The notes: generated by a model from the letters alone, not told the origin. A stretch of DNA of 59,942 bases from an uncultured Ruminococcus sp. (GCA_900551005.1 URUL01000002.1:1-59942), one strand, 5' to 3'. Counted from the first letter of the stretch, positions 1-9,807 are shown. A program made the numbers and translations.

Positions 1-371
1 CCTTTTACCGCTCGCTTTCCACGGTGAAAATGGCCTATGATTCGCTGTTCGGCATGATATCCGGGCGCTTCGGACTGGCCGCCGTATCGGGTCCCGTCGG
101 CGTAGCCGGCGTGGTGGGAACCGCCGCACGGGCGGGGATTCTGAACCTCGTGTATATCGTGGCGGTGCTGTCCTGCAACCTCGGAATTTTCAACCTGATT
201 CCGTTTCCGGCACTTGACGGCGGGCGTTTCCTCTTTCTCATTATAGAGGGCATACGTGGCAAGAAGATCAATCCGAAGATAGAATCCTATATCAATTTTG
301 CGGGTCTTGTCATCCTGTTTGCCTTTATGATCTTCATCACCTGCAAAGACATTCTGAAACTGATTTTTTAA
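1..371 (+). CDS. rseP: RIP (site-2) zinc metalloprotease RseP/RasP, C-terminal fragment; the gene continues beyond the left edge
   Basis: The frame is open from base 3 to the window edge. C-terminal membrane segment carries the family motif NLIPFPALDGGR. Position directly upstream of ispG-polC fits the conserved Firmicute neighbourhood. Confidence 0.85.
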   Translation, partial: FYRSLSTVKMAYDSLFGMISGRFGLAAVSGPVGVAGVVGTAARAGILNLVYIVAVLSCNLGIFNLIPFPALDGGRFLFLIIEGIRGKKINPKIESYINFAGLVILFAFMIFITCKDILKLIF

Positions 372-391
372 CGAAGGCGGAAGTATAAATT

Positions 392-1474
392 ATGAATTAC
401 AATCAGATCCGCAGAAAAACGAGAGAGGTCCGCATCGGCAACCTTACGGTGGGCGGCAATGCGCCGATCGCCATTCAGTCGATGGCAAATACCGACACGC
501 ACGACTTTGCCGCAACGCTTGCCCAGCTTCAGCGACTGGAGCGTGCGGGATGCGACATCGTCCGCATTACCGTGCCCGATCTTGCGGCGGCAGAGGCGAT
601 CCTGTATCTGAAGGAAGCCGGTATCACCATGCCGATCGTGGCGGATATCCATTTCGACTATCGCCTCGCGATAGCGGCGGCAGAGGCGGGAGCCGACAAG
701 ATAAGAATAAATCCCGGCAATATAGGCGAAAGCGAAAAGGTAAAAGCTGTTACCGACAAATGCCGCGAGAAGCATATCCCGATCAGAATAGGCGTAAACA
801 GCGGCTCTCTGGAAAAGCATATTCTCGAAAAATACGGTGCGCCGACGGCGGAGGCGCTTGCCGAAAGCGCCATGGGGCATATCAGAATACTGGAGCATTT
901 CGATTTCAACGATATTGCCGTTTCCATAAAATCAAGCGATGTTTTGACTATGGTCGAGGCAAACAGGATACTTGCGCAAATGTGCGATTATCCTCTGCAT
1001 CTCGGTGTTACCGAAGCGGGCAGAGGAGAGGCGGGCTGTATCAAAAGTGCCGCAGGCATAGGTGCTTTGCTGACGGCAGGAATAGGAGATACCATTCGCG
1101 TTTCTCTTACGGACAAGCCCGAAAATGAGATATATGCCGCAAGGAATATTTTGCAGGCACTCTCACTTTATGAGGGCGGCTATATCAATATTATATCCTG
1201 CCCGACCTGCGGCAGAACTAAGATAGATCTGATATCTCTCTGCGAAAAGCTTGAAAAGAGGCTTCGTTCGATACGACCGCCGAGGAAGATAACGCTTGCC
1301 GTCATGGGATGCGTAGTAAACGGGCCAGGAGAGGCGAGAGAAGCCGATATCGGAATCGCGGGCGGAAGCGGAGAAGCCGTTCTTTTCCGCCGCGGAGAAA
1401 TCATCCGCAAAATAAAAGAGGAGAATATTTTGGGGGAGCTGGAAGCTGAAATAGCAAAGCTTTGCCAAATCTGA
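392..1474 (+). CDS. ispG: 4-hydroxy-3-methylbut-2-en-1-yl diphosphate synthase (IspG/GcpE)
   Basis: 360-aa ORF with the GcpE N-terminal barrel (APIAIQSMANTDT, VADIHFD) and C-terminal Fe-S cysteines (SCPTCGRT ... GCVVNGPGE). ATG preceded by GGCGGAAG. Confidence 0.95.
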   Translation: MNYNQIRRKTREVRIGNLTVGGNAPIAIQSMANTDTHDFAATLAQLQRLERAGCDIVRITVPDLAAAEAILYLKEAGITMPIVADIHFDYRLAIAAAEAGADKIRINPGNIGESEKVKAVTDKCREKHIPIRIGVNSGSLEKHILEKYGAPTAEALAESAMGHIRILEHFDFNDIAVSIKSSDVLTMVEANRILAQMCDYPLHLGVTEAGRGEAGCIKSAAGIGALLTAGIGDTIRVSLTDKPENEIYAARNILQALSLYEGGYINIISCPTCGRTKIDLISLCEKLEKRLRSIRPPRKITLAVMGCVVNGPGEAREADIGIAGGSGEAVLFRRGEIIRKIKEENILGELEAEIAKLCQI

Positions 1475-1481
1475 TGGCGGC

Positions 1482-4400
1482 ATGTCAAAAACAGAAAAAA
1501 CTCTGACAGAGCTTTTTGATAAATATATCCCGATGGCTGAAAACAGGAAAATACTCGATAGCGGCAAGGTACTCCGCATGCGCATTGATAAGGAAAAGCG
1601 CATGATGGAGGTAGATGCCGCTTTCAGTGCTTTGGTAAGCAAGGCGGAGCTCTATAGGCTGGAGCGGGCTCTCTGCGAGACATACAGGCTTGCTTATCTG
1701 AAAATATGCCCGAAATATGATGCATCGCTTTTTTCGCCGAAGTATTTTCCCGAGATCATTACAGAAGCAAGGCATACCAATATCATCTCTCATGGCTTTC
1801 TTCAAAAATATAATGCGGATTTTGACGAAAATACGATCAATATAGAAATCATGTTCGGAGACGGCGGGCTTTCCATGATGCGTGACGGCAATATCGGAGA
1901 GAAAATAGCCCGCATCATAGAAAACGAATTCGGACTGACATATTCCGTGAATTTCAGCACGGCAGGTAATATAGACATAGACTATGAGGAGCTGATAGCA
2001 AGTACCTTTGCCGCCGCTCATAGAAAGACGGAAGCGACTGCGGAAGAGGCTGAAGAGGTCTTTGAGATGCGCACCTCACTCTCGAGCGAGCCGCTGAGAA
2101 ACGATACAGATGAGCACGGCGTTCTCCATATAGGAAATATCATGCTTGACATATCCGCACCGGAGCCTGTTTACGGAGAGGCTTTTGAGATAGTGCCGAC
2201 AGCCATGCGCGAAATAGAGGGAAATATGCCATCTGTGATCGCCGCGGGAAAGATGTTCGGTATGGAGTTTCGCGAACTGCGCGGAAAAGGCACAGCAATC
2301 TCATTTTTCCTGACAGACGATGACGCTTCTATCACCGTGAAGCTGATGCTTACCGATGATAAAGCCAAGCTTTTCGAGGGATTGAAGAGCGGATGTGCGC
2401 TTGCCGTCCGCGGCAGATATAAATACGACGAATTTGTGGAGGAGAACGTGCTTTCTCCCGTAGGCGTACAAAAAATCAAGCTCGTTTCCCGCACCGATGA
2501 TGCGCCCGAAAAGCGAGTGGAATTGCATCTGCACACAAATATGTCCATGATGGACGCTACGATAGACCCATACGGCATAGTTGAAATTGCCAAGAGCTGG
2601 GGACATAAGGCGATAGCCATAACAGACCATGGGAATGTCCAGGGCTATCAGGAAGCGATGCTTGCCGCCGAAAAGCTCGGCATGAAGGTCATCTACGGTA
2701 TGGAGGCATACTTTGTCGATGATACGGCAAAGGCAATCTACGGCGACGATGATATAAGCTTCGAGGACGAATTTGTCGTTTTCGATACGGAGACTACCGG
2801 TCTTTCTCCCGTATATAATAAGCTGACCGAGATAGGCGCCGTCCGTGTCAAGAACGGTGAGGTGCTCGAGGTTTTCAACACATTTGTCAATCCCGAGGTT
2901 CTAATACCCGAAAATATAACCGAGCTTACAGGTATTTCCGACGATATGGTTTTCGATGCGCCGAAAACGAAGGAGGCTGTGGAGAGCTTTCTCGCTTTCA
3001 TCGGCGACAGGACGCTTGTTGCGCATAATGCCACATTTGACATGGGCTTTATCCGAAAAGCGGCAGATGATTACGGGCTGAAGTTTGAAAACGCATATAT
3101 TGATACCGTTTCCATGTCGCGTTTTGTCAATCCCGATCTCAAGAAGCACAAGCTTGACACCATTGCGGAATATTACGGACTCGGCGATTTCAACCATCAC
3201 CGCGCAAGCGACGATGCCGAAATGTGCTCTGCCATTTTCTATCGGATGATAGAAAAGCTGAAGGGAGAGGGCATCGATTCTCTCGCGCAGATGTCGCACT
3301 CCATGGTGGAAAATACCGATCCGAAAAAGCTGAAAACATACCATCAGATCATTCTCGTCAAGAATAAGGTCGGTCTGAAAAATCTCTACCGACTCATTTC
3401 GGAATCGTATCTGAAATATTACAAAAGGGTGCCGAGAATACCGAAAACTCAGCTTGAAAAATACCGCGAGGGATTGATCATCGGCTCGGCATGCGAAGCG
3501 GGACAGCTTTTCTCGGCTCTGGTAGAGGGCAAGCCGTGGGACGAGCTTGTATCGATAGCGCAGTTTTATGATTATCTCGAGATACAGCCACTTTCCAATA
3601 ACGGGTTTCTTATCCGCGAGGGAAGAGTGCCGAACGAGGAAGGATTGCGCGAGCTGAACCGCATGATAGTAAAGCTGGGTGAGGAGACGGGAAAGCCTGT
3701 CGTCGCAACATGTGATGCGCATTTTCTTGAGAAGCATGATGAAATATACAGGAAGATACTTCTTTCCGGTATGAAATATTCCGATGCCGATGCGGATATA
3801 GGGCTCTATATGCGAACGACGGATGAAATGCTCGCGGAATTTTCTTATCTCGGAGAAGAAAAGGCACGCGAGGTGGTCATAACAAATTCCAATAAAATAG
3901 CAGATGAGATAGAGGAGGGAATCCGTCCCTTCCCGAAAGGGACATTCACGCCGAAAATAGAAGGCGCGGAGGAGGACCTGCAAAACCGCTGTTATACGCG
4001 CGCAAAATCGCTCTATGGCGATCCGCTTCCCGACATTGTACGCGAGAGACTGGAAAAGGAGCTTGGCTCCATCATCAAAAACGGCTTTGCGGTGCTCTAT
4101 ATGATCGCCCAGAAGCTTGTAAGCTACTCAGAGAGCCAAGGCTATCTCGTAGGCTCGAGAGGCTCCGTGGGCTCGTCGTTTGTCGCTTCCATGGGCGGCA
4201 TTTCCGAGGTGAATCCTCTGCCGCCGCACTATTATCGCCCGAATTGTCAGTATTCCGAATTTTTTACCGACGGCTCTGTCGGCTCGGGATTCGATCTGCC
4301 CGATAAGAAATGCCCGAAATGCGGCGCTTCGCTGAAGGGTGACGGTCATAATATTCCCTTCGAAACGTTTCTCGGATTTCACGGCGAAAAGTCGCCCGAT

Positions 4401-5816
4401 ATAGACCTTAACTTCTCGGGAGAAGTTCAGGGCAAGGTACATAAATATACCGAGGAGCTTTTCGGTGCGGAAAACGTCTTTCGAGCCGGCACGATCGGTG
4501 CTGTTGCGAGCAAGACGGCATATGGCTATGTACGCAAATATCTCGATGAGCACAAGATAAACACGACCAAAGCAGAGATAGAGCGTCTCGTTTCGCATTG
4601 TGTAGGCGTCAAACGCACCACAGGACAGCATCCGGGCGGCATCGTCGTTGTTCCGAAAGAGAACGACATATATGATTTCACGCCGGTACAGCATCCTGCC
4701 GACGACCCGAATTCCAATATAGTGACGACGCACTTTACCTTTGAATATCTTCACGATACGCTGCTCAAGCTCGACGAGCTCGGACACGATATTCCGACGA
4801 AATACAAGATGATAGAGCGCTTTACCGGTACGAGCGTCATGGATGTTCCCATGAATGATCCCGAGGTCTACAAGCTCTTTACTTGCACCGAGCCGCTCGG
4901 TGCAAGCGCCGCGGAGATACGTTCTCCCATAGGCACGCTCGGCATACCCGAGATGGGAACAGGCTTTGTTCAGGGAATGCTCATGGATACAAAGCCGCAG
5001 ACCTTTGCCGACCTGCTTCAGGTTTCCGGACTTTCGCATGGAACAGACGTATGGCTCGGAAATGCGCAGGTGCTTTGTAAAAAAAATATCTGCACCATTT
5101 CATCGGTTATCGGTACGCGAGACAGTATCATGATATCGCTTATCGGTTACGGAATGGACAGCGGCGATGCTTTCAATATCATGGAAAAGGTACGAAAAGG
5201 CAAAGGCCTCTCTCCTGAGATGGAAGCGAAGATGCGCGATTGCCATGTTCCGGACTGGTACATAGACTCCTGCAAGAAAATAAAATATCTCTTTCCGAAG
5301 GCGCATGCCGCGGCTTATGTAATGAGTGCGATACGTCTCGGCTGGTATAAGGTTCATATGCCGCTGGAGTTTTACTGCGCATTTTTCAGCGCTGCGCCCG
5401 GAGGTTTTGATGCTTCTATTGCCATGAAGGGGAAGGATGCCATCGTTCGCTGCCTTGAGGAAATTGAGGCAAAAGGCAATGACACCTCACAGAAGGACGA
5501 TGCGCTCTATAACTCCATGCAGCTTGCAAACGAATTTCTGGCGCGAGGCTTCAAATTTCTGCCTGTCGATCTATATAAATCGGATGCGCGTCTCTTTCTG
5601 CCCGAAAACGGTAAAATGAGACTTCCTTTCGGAGCATTGCCGGGTTTGGGAGAAGCGGCGGCGCAGAGCTTGCAGGCGGCGAAAGACGAGGGAGAGTATC
5701 TTTCCGTCGAGGATCTGCAGCAGCGTTCCTGCGTATCAAAAGCCGTACTTGAGATTTTGGATATGAATGGGGTTCTCGACGGACTTTCCGAGACAAACCA
5801 AATGCGGCTTTTTTAA
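1482..5816 (+). CDS. polC: DNA polymerase III alpha subunit, Gram-positive PolC type
   Basis: Uninterrupted 1444-aa ORF. PHP motif (ELHLHTNMSMMDA), embedded DEDDh proofreading exonuclease (FVVFDTETTGLS, HNATFDMGF, HRASDDA), CPKCG zinc module and pol III alpha core. Length matches PolC. Confidence 0.97.
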   Translation: MSKTEKTLTELFDKYIPMAENRKILDSGKVLRMRIDKEKRMMEVDAAFSALVSKAELYRLERALCETYRLAYLKICPKYDASLFSPKYFPEIITEARHTNIISHGFLQKYNADFDENTINIEIMFGDGGLSMMRDGNIGEKIARIIENEFGLTYSVNFSTAGNIDIDYEELIASTFAAAHRKTEATAEEAEEVFEMRTSLSSEPLRNDTDEHGVLHIGNIMLDISAPEPVYGEAFEIVPTAMREIEGNMPSVIAAGKMFGMEFRELRGKGTAISFFLTDDDASITVKLMLTDDKAKLFEGLKSGCALAVRGRYKYDEFVEENVLSPVGVQKIKLVSRTDDAPEKRVELHLHTNMSMMDATIDPYGIVEIAKSWGHKAIAITDHGNVQGYQEAMLAAEKLGMKVIYGMEAYFVDDTAKAIYGDDDISFEDEFVVFDTETTGLSPVYNKLTEIGAVRVKNGEVLEVFNTFVNPEVLIPENITELTGISDDMVFDAPKTKEAVESFLAFIGDRTLVAHNATFDMGFIRKAADDYGLKFENAYIDTVSMSRFVNPDLKKHKLDTIAEYYGLGDFNHHRASDDAEMCSAIFYRMIEKLKGEGIDSLAQMSHSMVENTDPKKLKTYHQIILVKNKVGLKNLYRLISESYLKYYKRVPRIPKTQLEKYREGLIIGSACEAGQLFSALVEGKPWDELVSIAQFYDYLEIQPLSNNGFLIREGRVPNEEGLRELNRMIVKLGEETGKPVVATCDAHFLEKHDEIYRKILLSGMKYSDADADIGLYMRTTDEMLAEFSYLGEEKAREVVITNSNKIADEIEEGIRPFPKGTFTPKIEGAEEDLQNRCYTRAKSLYGDPLPDIVRERLEKELGSIIKNGFAVLYMIAQKLVSYSESQGYLVGSRGSVGSSFVASMGGISEVNPLPPHYYRPNCQYSEFFTDGSVGSGFDLPDKKCPKCGASLKGDGHNIPFETFLGFHGEKSPDIDLNFSGEVQGKVHKYTEELFGAENVFRAGTIGAVASKTAYGYVRKYLDEHKINTTKAEIERLVSHCVGVKRTTGQHPGGIVVVPKENDIYDFTPVQHPADDPNSNIVTTHFTFEYLHDTLLKLDELGHDIPTKYKMIERFTGTSVMDVPMNDPEVYKLFTCTEPLGASAAEIRSPIGTLGIPEMGTGFVQGMLMDTKPQTFADLLQVSGLSHGTDVWLGNAQVLCKKNICTISSVIGTRDSIMISLIGYGMDSGDAFNIMEKVRKGKGLSPEMEAKMRDCHVPDWYIDSCKKIKYLFPKAHAAAYVMSAIRLGWYKVHMPLEFYCAFFSAAPGGFDASIAMKGKDAIVRCLEEIEAKGNDTSQKDDALYNSMQLANEFLARGFKFLPVDLYKSDARLFLPENGKMRLPFGALPGLGEAAAQSLQAAKDEGEYLSVEDLQQRSCVSKAVLEILDMNGVLDGLSETNQMRLF

Positions 5817-5875
5817 AAAAATAGCAATTTTTTTGATATTTTTTACAAATTTTACATATTTTTATGAAAAAAGTC

Positions 5876-5903
5876 TTGTAAATACAGAAAAATATGGTAT
5901 AAT
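5876..5903 (+). promoter_or_regulatory. sigma-A type promoter for hup (-35 TTGTAA, 16-nt spacer, extended -10 TGgTATAAT)
   Basis: TTGTAA at 5876-5881, TG at 5895-5896, TATAAT at 5898-5903, in the AT-rich gap after polC and about 75 nt upstream of the hup ATG. Identified by eye only. Confidence 0.6.
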
Positions 5904-5976
5904 ATTATCAGTTTATCCGGCGTTTGGATCCCCCCCCAAAAAAAGTAAAATTCAAAAATCAGAAAGGAAGAACACC

Positions 5977-6252
5977 ATGAATAAGACACAGTTGATTGAT
6001 GTTGTTGCTGCAAAGGCAGAGCTTAAGAAGAAAGAGGCTGAGGCTGCTGTAAATGCAGTTGTGGCTGCCGTTGTCGAAGCACTTGAAGCAGGCGAAAAGG
6101 TTCAGCTTTCAGGTCTGGGTACATTTGAAGTTAAGGAAAGAGCTGCAAGAACAGGCAGAAATCCCAAAACTCGCGAAGCTATCAGCATTCCTGCATGCAA
6201 ATATGCTGCTTTCTCGGCAAGCAAGGCTCTTAAAGAGTCCGTAAACAAATAA
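5977..6252 (+). CDS. hup: DNA-binding protein HU
   Basis: 91 aa starting MNKTQLIDVVA, with the HU/IHF arm signature RTGRNPKTREAISIP. RBS GAAAGGAAG lies upstream of ATG 5977. The longer track ORF from 5767 is rejected because it overlaps the polC end and the promoter. Confidence 0.95.
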   Translation: MNKTQLIDVVAAKAELKKKEAEAAVNAVVAAVVEALEAGEKVQLSGLGTFEVKERAARTGRNPKTREAISIPACKYAAFSASKALKESVNK

Positions 6253-6260
6253 TCAAAGAA

Positions 6261-6288
6261 AAAGGCTTCGAAAAATCGAAGCCTTTTT
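6261..6288 (+). terminator. rho-independent terminator after hup
   Basis: GGCTTCGA / TCGAAGCC stem (6264-6271 with 6276-6283), 4-nt A loop, followed by TTTTT. Confidence 0.8.
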
Positions 6289-6304
6289 ATCTACGGAGGA
6301 GAAA

Positions 6305-6544
6305 ATGAGGCTTGATAAGTATCTCAAGGTTTCGCGTATCATCAAGCGCAGAACCGTTGCAAACAGCGCCTGCGATACCGAACATGTCAAGGTGAACGGC
6401 AAAGATGCAAAGGCGTCCTATCAGGTAAAGATCGGCGATATTATAGAGATCGCCTTCGGTGAACGCATCGTGAAGATACGTGTTACCGATATCAGAGAGC
6501 ATACCCTGAAAAATGAGGCAGGAGAGCTCTATGAGGTTCTCTGA
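6305..6544 (+). CDS. yabO: S4-domain RNA-binding protein (YabO family)
   Basis: 79 aa starting MRLDKYLKVSRIIKRRTVA (S4 fold signature). RBS GGAGGAG before the ATG. Lies immediately upstream of yabP-yabQ-divIC as in Bacillus and Clostridium. Confidence 0.8.
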   Translation: MRLDKYLKVSRIIKRRTVANSACDTEHVKVNGKDAKASYQVKIGDIIEIAFGERIVKIRVTDIREHTLKNEAGELYEVL

Positions 6545-6622
6545 GGTCAATATTCCGGAATAAAGCGCAGGATTCCCGCATAGAATGTTTTTGAAAAACA
6601 TATTTCTATGCGGGAGGTTTTT

Positions 6623-6901
6623 ATGGAAAATGCGGTAAAGCCGAAAAATCAGAATATATATATTGCGGACAGAAGCAGTATCAAAGTAACGGGCGTGACA
6701 GAGGTGGTCAACTTTGATGAATACGCCGTATGTATGAGTACGGAAATCGGAGAGCTGACTATCGAGGGAGAGGGACTTCATATATCGGAGCTTTCGCTGG
6801 GCACAGGCGATGTTTCCATAGAGGGGAAATTCTATGCACTCTCATACAGTGACGGTATTGTCGGCAAGAAGAAGGGCAAGCTCTTCCGGGGAGCAAGATG
6901 A
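6623..6901 (+). CDS. yabP: sporulation protein YabP
   Basis: YabP-like sequence (IKVTGVTEVVNFDEYAVCMSTEIGELTIEGEGLHI). Start moved to ATG 6623 because GGGAGG lies 6 nt upstream, whereas the track start at 6608 sits inside a hairpin stem. Synteny with yabQ supports the call. Confidence 0.8.
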   Translation: MENAVKPKNQNIYIADRSSIKVTGVTEVVNFDEYAVCMSTEIGELTIEGEGLHISELSLGTGDVSIEGKFYALSYSDGIVGKKKGKLFRGAR

Positions 6902-7527
6902 ACGGATTTTTCTATGATGACCCGCTCGATATACTGAAATTTTTTCTGCTCGGCGTTTTGATGGGCATTTTCTATGATATTTTCAGGATCATCAGGATCG
7001 CGCGGAGGACGGACAGCCCTGTAAAAGCAAACAGATTCTATCTGAAAATCGCGCCGAAGCGCTTTTTTGAAAAAAGAGAGAAAAAGCCGATAACGGGAGT
7101 GGCGGAAGCGGTGCTTATCTTCGCGGAAGATATTCTTTTCTGTATAGGATGTGCAGCCGCTTTTATTTTTCTTACATATGCCGTAAACGATGGGGAAATA
7201 CGCATATTCGGTTTTCTTCTCTGTATCCTCGGCTTCGCACTTTACTATATAAGCATCGGAAAAGCGGCGGTTTATCTGTCCGGGCATATAATATTTTTGA
7301 CAAAAATCTTGATTTATTGGATTTTTTATATTATAATAAAACCAATCAAGGTATTTTTGAGTTTTGTCATGCGTGCATATCGCTGTATATATGCGAAGAC
7401 ATTCGGCGCGCTCATGGCGAAAATATCGTATAAAAGACGGCTTGCTTATACCAAAAAGCTGTATGCACGGCTTCTCGAAAATGCGAAAAACGGATTTGAA
7501 ATTTCTACGGAGGTGACAATACGGTGA
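6898..7527 (+). CDS. yabQ: spore cortex biosynthesis protein YabQ (membrane)
   Basis: ATGA overlap with the yabP stop. Multi-pass membrane protein with N-terminal LLGVLMGIFYDIFRIIRIARR, as in the YabQ family. Synteny supports the call. Confidence 0.7.
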   Translation: MNGFFYDDPLDILKFFLLGVLMGIFYDIFRIIRIARRTDSPVKANRFYLKIAPKRFFEKREKKPITGVAEAVLIFAEDILFCIGCAAAFIFLTYAVNDGEIRIFGFLLCILGFALYYISIGKAAVYLSGHIIFLTKILIYWIFYIIIKPIKVFLSFVMRAYRCIYAKTFGALMAKISYKRRLAYTKKLYARLLENAKNGFEISTEVTIR

Positions 7528-7790
7528 AAAAAAAGAAAAATTTTATGATGAGATTTGTATTTTTTGTTTTCCTCGTATTTTGTCTTTTTTCCGTCATAAC
7601 ATTGCGAATACAGCTCAATGACCTCATGGCTGAACGCGACATCGCGATGAGAAAACTCGATGAATGTCAATTCAGGCTGGAAGAGCTGGACTATGAATAT
7701 TCGCTGGATGAGGATGCGTATATAGAGCGCTATATGCGCAAAAACGGCTACCGCATGGGCGGAGAGATCGTATTTAAGTCCGAAGATTGA
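7524..7790 (+). CDS. divIC: septum formation initiator, FtsB/DivIC family
   Basis: 88 aa with one N-terminal TM helix followed by a coiled coil (RIQLNDLMAERDIAMRKLDECQFRLEELD). GTG start 8 nt after GGAGGTG, overlapping the yabQ stop. Canonical position after yabQ. Confidence 0.8.
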   Translation: MKKKKNFMMRFVFFVFLVFCLFSVITLRIQLNDLMAERDIAMRKLDECQFRLEELDYEYSLDEDAYIERYMRKNGYRMGGEIVFKSED

Positions 7791-7800
7791 TAATGAAAAT

Positions 7801-7834
7801 AAAAAAGCGTTTCGCTGTAGCGAAACGCTTTTTT
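7801..7834. terminator. bidirectional rho-independent terminator between convergent divIC and the FAD-protein gene
   Basis: AAAAAAGCGTTTCGC-TGTA-GCGAAACGCTTTTTT: a 9-bp GC-containing stem flanked by an A-run and a T-run. Confidence 0.85.
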
Positions 7835-7839
7835 GCTTT

Positions 7840-9807
7840 TTATTGATCTTTCATTTTTCTGTATTCATTATAGATATTCTCAAACCACAGCTCGCGCTCC
7901 GGAATAGGGCGGACGGAAGAAAAATCGAATATCACGGAATCTTCACTATAATGTGCTGTCTGCACAGAAGAAAAATGCGCTGTGTCCGTTTCGATATCGC
8001 TGCCGCACGCAAGAAGCTCCTCTATGCTTTTCTCGGTTATGAGGTACGAGCCGCGGCTCTTTCCGCCGTGATCCATATAATTTTCGATTGCGCCGAGATA
8101 AACAAGCTGTGTGATCAGAATATCGCGGTTTATCATGACATCCGGCATGAGAGAGGGTGTGGCGCCTGCGTGAACTGACAGAAAAGACTGCAAGCGCAAA
8201 CGCACGGTTTTCAGCGCAGACTTCACGGAGGATGCAGAACGTACAAAAGCACCGCATTCGCTCATGACCTTTCCGTATTCGGCTCTGAGCGAGAGCACGT
8301 CTTCCCGTGTCAGTCTTATTTTCGGGCGGGAAAGAAGATCGAAATACGATACAAGCTCCTCTATCTGGCGGGCGATCTCTTTTTCATCCGGTCCCTCGTC
8401 GCGCGGTTTTTCCCGCGAGATCTTCAAAGCGGCTCGCATAGCGCCGACCTGAGTGGCATTGAGCGCCGTTCCGCCCGGGCGGTATACGCCAAACGTACCC
8501 GCACATTCTCCTATCGGGAAAAAGCCCGCAAGGGAAGTGCTTTCGCTCCATATATCGGTATCGAAACCGCCGTTATTATGCTGAGCGCAAACGGAAATTT
8601 CAAGCGGCTCGCGCGTGAGATCTATGCCGTGGTCGCGGTAGAGTGATATTGCCGGCTCGTTCATCTTTTTCAGGCGGTCTATCGGCTTCGGCAGAAGCGC
8701 ACCTGATTTTTCGAGATATTCAAACGCAAAATCCGGCAGGAGCGAGAAGTCGAGAGTGCCGTTTTTATCTGCCTGCTCGGGATTGCGGCGAAAGTCCATA
8801 AATACACGTCTGCCGCGACGTTCCTCCGCAAAGACAGCAAGATCCACAAGCGAGGAAAGCTTTTTTTCACCACGGAATATTTTTCTCGGGTCAAACGGCC
8901 ATTCGTAGCCTTTCAAAAAGATATCTCCGAGCATTTCGCTGATATCCGGAAAATAGTCATTGAGAAATTCATGCTCCTCTCCGTTTTCATCTACGGAAAA
9001 ATAGCGCGGAATGACCTGCTGATATGTTCCCGAGAGATTCCAGCGAAAGCCGAGCGATGCTATCCCGTATTGCGATTCGGTGAGGTTGATGCCCGAAGCA
9101 CCCGCCTCGAAAGCAACACCATGTGCACATGTCTGACTCTCGGGATAGACGCTGGAGGAATAGATGGCAGAGGGGCCGCCCGTCGCCCATATGATGTTTT
9201 CGGCGAGAAAAACGGTGATGCCGAATCGGTTCTTCTCATCGGCTGTATCGGGATTCAGCGCTACAACCCCGCAGGCTCTGCCGCCGCTTTTCAGTATTTT
9301 CACGGCGCGATAGCCGTCAAAGACGGGAATGTTTCTTCTTTTGACAGCAGCTTCGAGTGCCTCTGTCATGTACTTGGATGTGTACGGACCGCATGAGGTG
9401 GCTCGCATACGCGGGTCGTGGTCTGTCTTATAGCCTGCATATTCTCCGTATTCATTATGAGGGAAAGGAACGCCGAGAGAGACGAGCTCAAAAAAGCACT
9501 GCGCCGATCCTGCCGCCTGCGCGAGAGCGATATCTCCGTGCATGGAGCCGCCGTCAAAAAGCGTTTGTGCCATGTCGGAAACGGAATCTCCGTCTCCTCC
9601 CGCAAGTGTCAGCTTATAATAGGTCTGCTTGTCTGAGCCGGTATTTCGCGAGGTGCCCATGTTCACGCCCTCGGTAAGTATCGCTATATCGGATACGCCG
9701 AAGTCAGACAGCTTGCGCGCGGCATTATATCCCGCGGCACCGCTGCCGACGATAACGGCACGAAATGAAAAGCAGGGAATACCCGAGAAGGTAAGGGAAA
9801 TATTCAT
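7840..9807 (-). CDS. FAD-binding oxidoreductase, fumarate reductase/succinate dehydrogenase/L-aspartate oxidase flavoprotein family
   Basis: 655 aa. N-terminal dinucleotide fold VIVGSGAAGYNAARKL, GTSRNTGSDKQ and ATGGP segments typical of FrdA/NadB-like flavoproteins. Last gene of a 4-gene operon. Confidence 0.75.
   Translation of the reverse strand: MNISLTFSGIPCFSFRAVIVGSGAAGYNAARKLSDFGVSDIAILTEGVNMGTSRNTGSDKQTYYKLTLAGGDGDSVSDMAQTLFDGGSMHGDIALAQAAGSAQCFFELVSLGVPFPHNEYGEYAGYKTDHDPRMRATSCGPYTSKYMTEALEAAVKRRNIPVFDGYRAVKILKSGGRACGVVALNPDTADEKNRFGITVFLAENIIWATGGPSAIYSSSVYPESQTCAHGVAFEAGASGINLTESQYGIASLGFRWNLSGTYQQVIPRYFSVDENGEEHEFLNDYFPDISEMLGDIFLKGYEWPFDPRKIFRGEKKLSSLVDLAVFAEERRGRRVFMDFRRNPEQADKNGTLDFSLLPDFAFEYLEKSGALLPKPIDRLKKMNEPAISLYRDHGIDLTREPLEISVCAQHNNGGFDTDIWSESTSLAGFFPIGECAGTFGVYRPGGTALNATQVGAMRAALKISREKPRDEGPDEKEIARQIEELVSYFDLLSRPKIRLTREDVLSLRAEYGKVMSECGAFVRSASSVKSALKTVRLRLQSFLSVHAGATPSLMPDVMINRDILITQLVYLGAIENYMDHGGKSRGSYLITEKSIEELLACGSDIETDTAHFSSVQTAHYSEDSVIFDFSSVRPIPERELWFENIYNEYRKMKDQ

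Noticed and set aside
2901-3983. 360-aa minus-strand ORF inside polC, and similar long antisense ORFs at 4128..5039, 1485..2021 and 2171..2620
   Set aside because: They are entirely embedded antisense to a 1444-aa gene with unmistakable PolC motifs. The translations are Arg/Cys/Phe-rich with no recognisable domain, so these are typical shadow ORFs.
5767-5976. N-terminal extension of the hup ORF (161-aa version)
   Set aside because: The extension overlaps the polC 3' end and runs through the AT-rich promoter region. The HU domain starts exactly at ATG 5977, which has its own RBS.
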